From NCBI RefSeq assembly GCF_001194135.2, contig NC_069004.1, forward strand, positions 22,467,987 to 22,528,052: a stretch of 60,066 nucleotides of DNA. The letters are read 5' to 3'. The notes beneath the pieces are model-generated. The model searched no databases. It saw only the letters and a program-made list of their open reading frames with translations, and was not told the DNA's origin. The position numbers were made by a program, and so were the translations under genes. Origin of the DNA: Octopus bimaculoides (Eukaryota). Shown here piece after piece: positions 49,113-60,066 of this stretch (the stretch's first letter is position 1; each line of letters starts with the position of its first letter).

Positions 49113-52100
49113 ATGCATCATGGAAAACCTATTACCGCAGTAGTACAGCTTCAAGGGAAGCAACAACAACAACTACAGGAGTTGCAAAAACAAATACTAC
49201 AAAAACAATTTATTGAGTTACAGTTGGCGAAGTCCAAAAATCCAATAAGCTTGTTTACACCAGATGGTGTGGCTAAGGCAATTTCTGAATTTATGTATAA
49301 TCCGGAGGAGGGTATTATGTTTCCCGTGTATTATAGAAGATACGAGGAAATTTTTAATAACGAGTGCAAGTCATGGTCGGAGGAGCAGAAAGTAAGGCTT
49401 TTACTGTGCAGGGTAGCTCCTGCCAAACATGAGCATTATTGTAACTTTATTCTGCCCCAAAAGTGTATTGAGATTGGTTTCCAAGAAACCGTGGAACTGC
49501 TCTCAAAAATTTTTTGTGATAGAAGTTCATTACTCAACATCAAAATGAAACGTTGGTACTTAACAAAAAAATAAGGAGGATGACTTTATCATGCTGGAGT
49601 AGTCAACTGTATGTCTGAAAATGTCAAATTCCAGGATCTCATTCAGGATATATTCAAATCACTTATCTTCATGCAAGGACTTATAGCACCAGAACATAGA
49701 GAAGTCCAGGCAAGGATTCTCTCAAAAATGGAGCAAGCAAATCAGGATTTATATCTACAGACCATCACAGAAGAATGTCAGACTATGGTAACTCTTAAAC
49801 ATGATGTGAAAAAAATACAAGATAAAGACTCAGCAAAAATTCAAATATGTCATCCCAGGAAGCACAATAAAAAAAAGTTTCAAGCTCCAATCCATGTTAT
49901 GATTGTGGAGGCCTACACTACAAAAAGGATTGTCCATTTAAAAACAAAAAGTGCTATTGTTGTCAGAAGCTGGAACATGGGAGTTCTAATTGTAGAACAA
50001 GACTACAAGGCTTAAACACAAAAAGTTCTAAGGTGTTTTTAGCAGAGAGTGACTGCACCGGAAAAACAAGAAAATTTGTGCATGTTAAGATAAATAATGT
50101 GAATACCAAATTACAGTTAGACTCAGGTAGTGACATCTTCATAATAAATGCAGATACTTAGAGAAACAATTGGTAAATTGAGATTATGTAAAATGGTAAA
50201 AATAACACATCGTGTATCAGGTGATAAATTACATTTCATGGGCAAAACATGTATTGACATCACATTTCAAGGAGAGACACACAAAGCAAAATTATTCTTT
50301 GTGGATAATACAATCTGTTTGGCACAGATTGGTTTAAACTATTCAGTTTATGGCACCTCCCCATAAATCTTCAGTGCAATAACATAAACGGTTATCTTGT
50401 TAAAAATAAGTCTTTCGAAAAACTGAAGAAAAAATTGAAAAAAATGTTCCTGCAAGTGTTATCAGAAGATTTAGGTCTATGTACAAAGACGGAAGCCTGT
50501 TTCCAAGTAAGTGAAAACGCTACACCTGTATTTAAAGCAAACAGAAAAGTACCGTTCATGGCATTTAAAACTGTAAATGAAGAGTTGGACAGAATCAAAA
50601 AGAGTGGAGTCATCAAAAAGGTGGATTACTCGAAGTGGGCGGCACCCACGATATGTATTAAAGAAAAAAATAATAAGATTAGGCTGTGTGCTGATTTCTC
50701 TACAAGATTTAACAACTGCTTAAAAACATACCACCATCCACTCCCGACTGCAGAGGACATTTTTTTTAAGAGTTAAATGGTGGAAAAACTTTTTTGAAAT
50801 TAGATCTGTCTGAAGCCTATTTATAGATAAAAGTAAATGAAAAATGCTCAAAGTATTTGACCATAAATACACACAGAGGATTGTAGAGATACACACGATT
50901 ACCTTTTGGATTAAAAGTGGCACCAGCAATATTCCAGCAAAATCATGGATACCATGTTATCCAATTGTGAATTTTCAATCCCATCCCTGGAAATATTTTC
51001 ATCAAGAGTAATTCTTGTGAACAGCATGTGGAACACAAAAGCTGTGTTTAAGAAAATTAAAGTTTTTGGATTCACTTTAAGTGAAGCAAAATGCAAATTC
51101 TTTCTACCCCAAATTAAGTACTTAGGGCAAATAATTGATAAAAGTAGTAGATATCCTGACCCATTGAAGGTAGATGCAATAAGGAATATGCTTGTGTGGA
51201 CAAATATTCCAACTTTACAAGCATTTCTTGGGCTGGCAAACTACTCCCAAAACTACATTCCTAACATGCACAAGTTAAGAGCTCCATTGAATGACTTATT
51301 AAAAAAAGGAATAAAGTGGAATTGGTCCACTAAATGCCAGAACACTTTTGAAGAAATAAAAAAAAACTCTAATCTTAGACCTGTTCTTAACACATGATCC
51401 TGAAATGGTCATCATTGTAGCATCTGATGCTTCCGAGCATGGATTAGATGCAGTTCTACTTCATAAATATGAAGAGGGAAGTACAAATCCAGTGGTTCAT
51501 GTTTGGCACTCTGTAATAGTGGCAAGGATGAAAGCCCTAATGGACTGAGATATTGAAAACTTGGTGAAAATGTGCTGAGGTTGTGCGCTTGCAGCCAAAT
51601 CTCCACCAATAATATATCAATTGTAGCCATAGTCTAGGTTACACACTGACTATGCCTGACCGGTAAACAGTGCTTACTACCTAATCATAGTAGATAGCTG
51701 TACTAAGTGGCCAGAGGTTTGTGGGTGCTATAGACCAAACTCTAAGACAACTATAAAGTTTCTTATATGAATTGTTTGCATGATACGGTGTCCCTGACAC
51801 TCTAATTTCAGACAACAGAACGCAGTCGTCTGGGTGTGAATTCAAGAATGTAAAAGGTATGTGATAAGGCATATTTTTACTCCATCCTAACACCTGAGGT
51901 CAAACAGGCAGGTAGAAAGATTTGTGGATACCTTTAAGAGAGTGTTAAGAAAAACAAGGAATGAATTAAGTAATGATGAAGCACTGAGAAATTTCTTACA
52001 AATATACAAAGTGACACCACCCCAATCCAAGTACAAATTCAGCAAAGTCTCCCACAGAATTGATGTTCGCAAGAGTATAATTCATTTTTGATAAGATGTT

Positions 52101-52330
52101 ACCAGAGAAAAGAAGACATAAAGGAAATATGAAAGAGCCAATGAAATATGTCGAGATAGGTGATAAAGTGCATTTCAAATCCTATAGAAATGGTAAAGAA
52201 GGCTGGGAAGATGGTCTTGTTACCAGAAAAATTGGAAGTATGATGTATTTAATTAAATGGTCACATGGTGAACATAAGAGACATATAAACCGAACTAAGG
52301 AAGAGGCATACCCAAGATCATGAAGAAATT
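49113..52330 (+). pseudogene. Disrupted gag-pol
   Basis: Gag reads FMYNPEEG..YYRRYEEIF..KVRLLL, with two CCHC knuckles at 49895-49993. Protease DSG is at 50120-50128. RT reads SKWAAP..RLCADF..LDLSEAY..RLPFG, with YLDD destroyed near 50985. RNase H (ASDAS) is truncated near 51505. Integrase reads RLHTDYA..IIVDS..ISDN. There are many stops and frameshifts. Confidence 0.9.
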
Positions 52331-52518
52331 CCCATGGAAGTATTCTGTGAAATATTAGATGTACCAGTACCAAAGGTAATAGTCATGTAGAACCAACACG
52401 AGAAAAAGAAAGCAGACCAAACACCTTGAGTGAACACCAAGTGAAAGAGAGACTTAAGAAAAAAATATGTATATATATGAATAAAAACTTTCTTTATTCC
52501 TTTGGAACATGAAATCTC

Positions 52519-52529
52519 GGAAGCGGGGA
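52519..52529 (+). promoter_or_regulatory. Polypurine tract
   Basis: GGAAGCGGGGA lies immediately 5' of the 3' LTR. Confidence 0.75.
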
Positions 52530-52781
52530 TGTTGTGCGAGAGTATGATGCCTCCTAGCAAGAATGGACTGGACCACTACACATAAATAGTAGTGGTTTGA
52601 GTAAGGGAGGTAGTTCATGCTAGTTTCACAGTTCATGGGTTGATAGTTCACAGTTTGAGTTAACATGTTGGATTGTTGGTTCTTAAAAGATTGTTGTTAT
52701 GTTCCATGTGGTTACTGCCATTTGTTTCGATTATATTATTTCACAGTTGCAGTGTATTTATTTATCCATAAAGATATATCA
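52530..52781 (+). repeat. 3' LTR (252 bp)
   Basis: Runs TGTTGTGCGAG..GATATATCA and lacks a ~20-bp segment between AGTTCA direct repeats relative to the 5' LTR. Confidence 0.9.
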
Positions 52782-53000
52782 GTAATATAATATATCAGTG
52801 GCATTTCCTGAGTGCAAGGCATGCGATACATGTTTAAATGAATGCAAATAACAGACCCGGTTTTAATTTGTCTTTCATTATTATGACAGACAAGTGGAAA
52901 GAAAGTTTGTGTATGCTACGCATACTCAGCTTCAATTATATGACTTTAATTTTTAAAACTGCATGCTCTGGATTAAGTTTCAGGAGTTATCGTTGATATG

Positions 53001-53047
<47 letters not shown>

Positions 53048-53876
53048 CTTTTGCTGATGTGTATTGGCAATAGTTGTAAGCATTGACTAGAAAATAAAGA
53101 TACCTTGTGGTATTTGTTCTGCATGAGATGTGCATATGCAACCTTGTCACTCCTGTTAGAAACCTGTAACCAATATCAGAGTAATCTAGAATTGTGGGAT
53201 GTGTTGGGGTTTCCATCAGAGTGCTGATGAAATCCAAACACGTAACATCTAGATTACTTTGACACAGATAGATGTGTTTGTTTTACTTTATGTTGATATT
53301 TACATAGCACATTTACATAGCAAGAAATATTTATACACAACAGGGATACTAAAGCTAAGCCTGCCCCATGAATGAAGGACCAGATGTGTATTTAACAGTC
53401 TTTTACTGTGTTATATCTACAGATAAGTTCTAGACACACTTCTTTACATCTCTTAGAGGCAGCCCTGTACCTGCATCAATTTCACTTTACTCTGGTCACT
53501 CCTGCTGTTGGGAAAGGTGAGAATGCCACACACTCTGATTTAGCAGGATGTTAATAGATCTGTATCTTTGATTTGTGTTATCTGTCAAATTTTTGATGAA
53601 ACAGAATTTCTTCTTTTTTATGTTCCAATCAAACAGCCCTTTCTATGTGGTCCAATTAATTTTTTTTAAAAATAAACAAAGATTTGCTGCATTTAATAGA
53701 ACAACCTCTACATTTGTTTCTATACAATAAACTCAAGCATGGTTGTGCATTAAAAGTTCACTTTGCAAACATTTAGTTTCAAGTTCAGTCCTACTACATG
53801 GCAGTTTGAATTTTTACTATAGCTTCAAGCTGACCAAGACCTTGTACATGAAATTTGATTGAAGCCTGCATATACA

Positions 53877-54103
53877 GAGCCGGAAGAAACGTTAGCACGC
53901 TGGGCGAAATGCTTAGCGGTATTTCATCTGCCATTACATTATGAGTTCAAATTCTACTGAAGTCAACTTTGCCTTTCATCCTTTCGGGGTCAATAAATTA
54001 AGTACTAGTTATGCACTGGGGTCAATGTAATCGACTTAATCCCTTTGTCTGTCCTTGTTTGTCCCCCTCTATGTTTAGCCCCTTGTGGGCAATAAAGAAA
54101 TAA
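53877..54103 (+). mobile_element. Young SINE family B variant inserted in an old family A copy
   Basis: The 16-bp TSD GAAGCCTGCATATACA lies at 53861-53876 and 54104-54119. CpGs are retained and the tail ends AATAAAGAAATAA. Confidence 0.88.
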
Positions 54104-54671
54104 GAAGCCTGCATATACATGTGTGTGTGTTTCACAATGAGGATATGCTCTGACTCTTTGGGCCATGACAATGTTTTTTTATGTTCACTCATAAACAATA
54201 TCCAGTCACTTGGTAGTTCAATTGGCAAAATCAGTGAAATAGGTACTTTATTTGAAGAGTAATGGTTGGTAAGAGGAAGGGCAACTAGTCCTGGAATACT
54301 ATTGCTTCAAGAAATCTTGTCCAGCTCATACCAGCTTAGAAAAGGCAGGCATAAAAAATAATGACAATGGTGTTGATTTAGATGGTATTTAAAATATCAC
54401 TTAATGGAAAGGTTTTCTGCATAAAAAATAAAATAATGATGGGAGGTTTTAATTCAAATATTAAACACTCTAATACAAGCAGTTTTGTGTCACTGGGTCA
54501 GACATGGTCTCAGGTGAGTTAGTGTTGGAAGGTTTAAATGGTACATAAGCGTTGTAATTATTCATTTCAATTTATTTCTTTTTCAGTCTATAGTTAATGA
54601 ATTCAGTAAATATAAACATTGAGCTTTTATTGATTAATACAGGAAACAAAGATGTATGTTAATGATTTTTT

Positions 54672-55045
54672 ATCTTTTACTTGTTTCATTCATTAGACTG
54701 TTGCCATTCTGGGGCACCACATTGAATTTTTAGTTGAATGAATTGACCCCAGTACTTATATTTTTTAATGCCTGGTATTTATTGTATTGGTCTCTTATGC
54801 TGAACCGCTAAGTTATGGGGATGCAAACACCAACACTGGTTGTCAAGCTGTGGTGGGGGACAGACATGGATACAAAGACACACACATGTAGACACACACA
54901 CACACACACGATGGACTTCTTTCAGTTTCCACCTACCAAATCCACTCATAAGGCTTTGGTTGACCTGAGGCTATAGTAGAAGACACTTGCTCAAGGTGTC
55001 ACGCAGTAGGACTGAACCTGGAACCATGTGGTTGGGAAGCAAACT
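54672..55045 (-). mobile_element. SINE family A (minus), full length
   Basis: Both halves are present with an internal (CA)n. Confidence 0.85.
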
Positions 55046-55559
55046 TTTTACCACACAGCCATGAACATCATCATAATTTTTGCTAATTGTTGTTTACACC
55101 CTGGTCATCCTTGATTGTGCAAATTTGTGTTCAAAGGCATTCCAGCCATTGCCATCCAATCTTAGTGTATCTAGAACTGCATTATTGGATGTGTACTTAC
55201 TGTTGCTGCTGTTTAGCCCTCAGTCTTGATTTAGCAGATTGTGACCAAAGGCATTCTACCGTGTGACTATCCAAATTGATTTTCAGACATAATACAAGGC
55301 AGCTGAAAAGCAGGTTGGCAACATGAAAGGCATCCAACCATAAAGTGCTACCTCAGAAAGAACCACAATGAATACAATAAGCTATTAAGGAGTCTGCAAG
55401 ATTAATTCCTGCTTTAGCAGAATGGCTTTCCTTACTTTTTTGTTAGACAGTAGGGGAGGATTTGATGGAGATTTTGCTACTATATGTAACAATTTACGTG
55501 ATTGTGTAGAGTTTTGCTTTTTCTTTCATATATGTATATATTGTTATTTAGCTCAGGTT

Positions 55560-55830
55560 AACTTTGATAAAGTAGGTCTTGGCACAAAGATATTCCAGCC
55601 ATGATAATTGCTTCTTTTTCAGACATACTATATCTAAGACTACATTATCTAAAATGACATTGCAGTTGCTGTTGTTTAGATATAAAATCAAAGACCTTCC
55701 AGATGTGACTGTCCAGTTTCTTTTCCTTCAAATGTAGTGTATTTAGGACCATACTATTAATGTGCCTTTCCTCTCTTAAAACAACTGGATGTGATTTGAG
55801 GATAATTTAGCTGCTATTTCTCATTAGTTG
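55560..55830 (+). repeat. Dispersed repeat family D copy
   Basis: Contains GATATTCCAGCCATG..CTAAGACTACATT..GTGATTTGAGGATAATTTAGCTGCTATTTC. Confidence 0.55.
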
Positions 55831-55894
55831 GTTGAAGTTTAAAAACTCCAAGTGAAGCAACTGTAGAAGTAACTGGCTAAAAGTAAACCACAAT

Positions 55895-56122
55895 TCCTGG
55901 TATTTGTTGATTTAGAAAAGGTATTTGACGGTAAATTCAATAATTTTGTGGTCATGGAAACTAGGTGTTGATGAATTGCTTGTGAGGGCTGTACAAATTA
56001 GGTACAATGATGCAGTAAGAAAACTGAGAGTCAACAATGATTTTAGTGACAAATTTAACAGGAGGATTGGAGTTCATAGAAGCTCATTCCTCAATCCTCT
56101 TCCATTCATCATAATCATACAA
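55895..56122 (+). pseudogene. Old RTE reverse transcriptase fragment
   Basis: Reads LVFVDLEKVFD..KLGVDELLVRAVQ..IGVHRSSFLNPLPFIIIIQ, a decayed form of GVHQGSVLSPLLF. Confidence 0.75.
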
Positions 56123-56290
56123 GCCAGCAAGCCGATAGAATTGTTAGCATGCTAGACAAAATGCTTAGCAGTATTTTGCCTGTTGCTACATTCTGAGTTC
56201 AAATCAAGTATCAGTGAAACACTGGGGTCAGTGTAATCAACTAGTTCCCTCCCCGCAAATTTCAGGCCTTGTGCCTTTAGTAGAAAGGAT
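56123..56290 (+). mobile_element. SINE family B, internally deleted
   Basis: Contains the head GATAGAATTGTTAGCATGC and the tail AAATTTCAGGCCTTGTGCC. Confidence 0.7.
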
Positions 56291-58086
56291 TATTATTATT
56301 ATTATTATTATGGCTGGGATCCAGCCCAGACTGCAGCAACAAAGTCTGCCATACTTTTCGCTCCAACATAAATTGCCTTATGGTCCTGGATATATTCCAG
56401 ACCACTGTCTGTGATCAAGTTGTCGATGTGTGATGACATTTTCTTCATCTTACATCATCATGAAGTGAGTTCCACAAGATTAATTGGAAAGGAAATTCTA
56501 GGTATGGAAGTTAAACCTTAGAACAATAACGACATTTTTAGAAACATTTTTATCAAAAATTAATCCTAAAATTTCAGCTTTTTAAAAAAATTTTTTAAAT
56601 CATAGTTTTAAAATACATACAGTTCAAATCTACAGTTTATTTATTTATTTCTGTTTGTAATTTCAAAATAATTTTCAGGCGAAAAGGTGATTAAAGGGAG
56701 ATTTAGCTGGCGTTTCTAGCACATCCCACGACCACTTGATACCTTCCTCATTTGTTTATCACACTGATATATATTGATTTTTTTCAATATTTTTCTCCCT
56801 ATAAACACATTTCATGGAATGATGATGCAGTGGTCAATTGCTGGGATTTTAGCAAGAACAACCTTTAATCCCACCCCACATCAAGTGAGTCAATGTGTGT
56901 GTGTAAGAGAAAACAAATTTACTAACAAAAAGTATGTTATTAAAATAAATTATCTTTTACATATCTTTTTTTATATCACATGCATACATGCACACACTGA
57001 CAAATACATACACACACTCACTGTTAGCAATATATTTTTATAGAGAATGAGCAAGTTTACCTAGAGAAAATGAAAGAGATAGATGAATAGAGGGAGAGAG
57101 ATCTTATTTGTTGCTGTCACAGATTTTGAAATTTTAAAATTAAGTGAAAATTTTAAAATTTGGTATATTGATGTATATTTACATGCTGAATCTGAGTTTG
57201 TGATTCACTTATTCCAGAAAAATTTTAGGAAAATGTTACCGAGGTTTAAAGCTTGATCATTTTTACCCAATCAGAAAACAGGATTTGTGTGTAATAGCTG
57301 TCATGAAATGAAAGTAAACATTAAAAGAAGAGGTTTTAAACAAAACGAAAGCTGTGTGTGAGAATTAATACATATACAAAGAGAGTGAGTGTCAAAGAGT
57401 ATGGTANNNNNNNNNNNNNNNNNNNNNNNNNNNNNNNNNNNNNNNNNNNNNNNNNNNNNNNNNNNNNNNNNNNNNNNNNNNNNNNNNNNNNNNNNNNNNN
57501 NNNNNNNNNNNNNNNNNNNNNNNNNNNNNNNNNNNNNNNNNNNNNNNNNNNNNNNNNNNNNNNNNNNNNNNNNNNNNNNNNNNNNNNNNNNNNNNNNNNN
57601 NNNNNNNNNNNNNNNNNNNNNNNNNNNNNNNNNNNNNNNNNNNNNNNNNNNNNNNNNNNNNNNNNNNNNNNNNNNNNNNNNNNNNNNNNNNNNNNNNNNN
57701 NNNNNNNNNNNNNNNNNNNNNNNNNNNNNNNNNNNNNNNNNNNNNNNNNNNNNNNNNNNNNNNNNNNNNNNNNNNNNNNNNNNNNNNNNNNNNNNNNNNN
57801 NNNNNNNNNNNNNNNNNNNNNNNNNNNNNNNNNNNNNNNNNNNNNNNNNNNNNNNNNNNNNNNNNNNNNNNNNNNNNNNNNNNNNNNNNNNNNNNNNNNN
57901 NNNNNNNNNNNNNNNNNNNNNNNNNNNNNNNNNNNNNNNNNNNNNNNNNNNNNNNNNNNNNNNNNNNNNNNNNNNNNNNNNNNNNNNNNNNNNNNNNNNN
58001 NNNNNNNNNNNNNNNNNNNNNNNNNNNNNNNNNNNNNNNNNNNNNNNNNNNNNNNNNNNNNNNNNNNNNNNNNNNNNNNNNNNNNN

Positions 58087-58128
<42 letters not shown>

Positions 58129-58372
58129 CATCTGTTTAAGTAATGGAAGTTTCTTTAGCAAAGCATCTGTCCATGTGAATTTTCCAGTCTACCTGTCTAA
58201 ACACCAAAGCCAAGATAGCTCATTCCTGGAATCAATTTCTTTAATCCAGTTAGGAGAAAGCAGCTCATCAAATGCTATCAATGTAACCTCTGCAAATCAA
58301 TTCCTCTTCCTTCGTTTGCCTAATTGACATTGAAGTTGTGAATACACACAACATGTGTGCATGTGTATACAT

Positions 58373-58410
<38 letters not shown>

Positions 58411-59584
58411 ACACTACAGCATTACAATTCACACACTGAAATACAGAACAGATTACAATCTCATCCCCATGCATACATGCCCTGCACCACATGCACACAC
58501 ACGTACACTGTATTACACCATACTACAATACATGCTCACTCTATATCATAGACAATACACATTCACCTCTCTACACACATACATGGACACTATTCACATA
58601 TACCACTTGATACATACAGACACACACTGCATTCACATATTCCACTCCCATACACATTGCACAAACACTTTTATCTCACTACACTGTATTACATTATGTA
58701 ATACTACACCACACCAAATGGCATTATGCCACACCACTCCACATTCTGATATACTACATCACTCTATACCACTCACTGTGCACTCCAAGATATACATTGT
58801 ACTATACTATGCCAAACTACACTTGACTAGACCACAGTAATTAAATTTGTGGCAACTTGAGAAGAATTTGTTTGTTTCTTTTTTTCCATTCATTTTGTTT
58901 TTCCTTTTTTGTAAAATTCAGTAATCATTCTAAAGTGTATGACGATGTCTCAGCAAAATTCCATCTGACTCATGCAAGTGTGATAAAGTGGACATTAAAA
59001 AGATGATGATGTTATTTATCATAATTAAGCTTCACTCTAGAAATATTTTGTCAAGTTGTTACACCTCAGCTAGATTATATTTTTGCACACACATTTTTAG
59101 AACACTGTAATTATCTATTTCCTGCAGATATTAATTCTCAGTGTTTTTTAGAACAAAAGCTTCTTGATTTGTTGTCTTTGGTCATAACACCTCTCGGATG
59201 AAATGCATAAAAATATAAAAGAAAATCTGTCCCCTGATATTTACGAAAGAAGGAAATGGACAAAGTTTAAGCATTCAACACCATGCTTCAAAGACATTAT
59301 TTCTGTATGTGTGCTTTTTGTTTTACCTCTGAGAATTGAAATTAGGACCTAGATACTCAAAAAAAAAAAACTGAATACCATGCCATGTTACTTGCTACAA
59401 CTACATCTCCCAAGTATGGGGAGGGCTGTATTAAGTTAGTGTGAGGCTTGTCTTGTAGCGTTTATTTAAAAAGATTCACCTCTTCTTAATTGTACTTCGT
59501 TTCATTTCATGTCTTGCCTATAAAATGTAACTTACCAAACTATTTTGAAAATACTGAGCTTTACAAAGAAGCTGACTAAGGACC

Positions 59585-59855
59585 AAGATATCTGGCACAT
59601 TGATGTACTGAGGAAGACTTAGCCACCACACCAGAATTGACTCCAATGTTGGTGCCCCATAAAAAGCACTTGTTCAGGTGTTCAGGTGCCACATAAGAAG
59701 CATCCAATATATTCTGTAGAGTGGTTGGCATTAGGAAGGGTATTTAACAGTAGAAACCATGCCAGAACAATGGAGCCTGGTGCAGCCTTTGGCCTTACCA
59801 GCTCTGATCAAGCCATCCAACCTTTGCCAGCATGGAAGTCAGACTTTAAATGATT
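59585..59855 (+). mobile_element. 5'-truncated RTE 3' end
   Basis: Carries GGTGCCCCATAAAAAGCAC units and the shared tail CCAACCTTTGCCAGCATGGAAG. Confidence 0.7.
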
Positions 59856-60066
59856 GTTGTCGTACACATTTGCTTGCTTTCTTAAAAAAAATCTAACACT
59901 CTTAGCTTAGACTTTTTGGGATTGAACAGTCTCATGTGTAACTGCCTGAAACTGTAAGGACATTTGGAAACTTGACTGATGAAAGAAGGCCACAAATGAC
60001 CCATCTTTTTTTTTTTCCTGTCCCTCTATTTATTGTTTTTCCTGTCTGTCTTTGTATCGTATCTGT

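Larger units (their letters stand above)
48792..52781 (+). mobile_element. Gypsy/Metaviridae LTR retrotransposon (Mag-like), structurally complete but inactive
   Basis: LTRs lie at 48792-49064 and 52530-52781. The 5-bp TSD GTAAT is at 48787-91 and 52782-86, with a PBS and PPT. Domain order is gag-PR-RT-RH-INT. Confidence 0.93.

Noticed and set aside
49113-49574. 153-aa gag ORF as a domesticated gene
   Set aside because: It ends in a stop inside a heavily decayed Gypsy element whose LTRs are intact, and nothing suggests selective retention.

Overview
This is AT-rich, repeat-dense animal genomic DNA from a draft assembly with several N-gaps. It is most likely a coleoid cephalopod (Octopus-like), inferred only from my recognition of the SINE and RTE families. 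I cannot support any host protein-coding gene; only weak exon candidates are visible. The window is a mosaic of decayed mobile DNA. It holds RTE-clade LINEs of at least three families, including one whose RT carries an inserted PHD finger. It also holds two abundant tRNA-derived SINE families, five Tc1/mariner relics (Hsmar1-like, irritans-like, a DD37D maT element) and a long-TIR mariner derivative, plus piggyBac-, hAT- and Tc1-type MITEs. One 3,990-bp Mag-type Gypsy element keeps both LTRs, PBS, PPT and a 5-bp TSD. The most interesting signal lies outside the ORF track: self-cleaving ribozyme motifs. There is a near-canonical type I hammerhead at 12284-12371 (+), a second at 25768-25839 (-) inside a 440-bp fold-back element, and a probable decayed third at 2510-2568 inside another inverted-repeat element. 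All three sit next to (TA)n tracts, pointing to non-autonomous Penelope-like or retrozyme-like modules. An HDV/CPEB3-like ribozyme remnant marks the 5' end of an internally deleted RTE (19830-19938). All structures were paired by eye and none has been tested computationally or experimentally.
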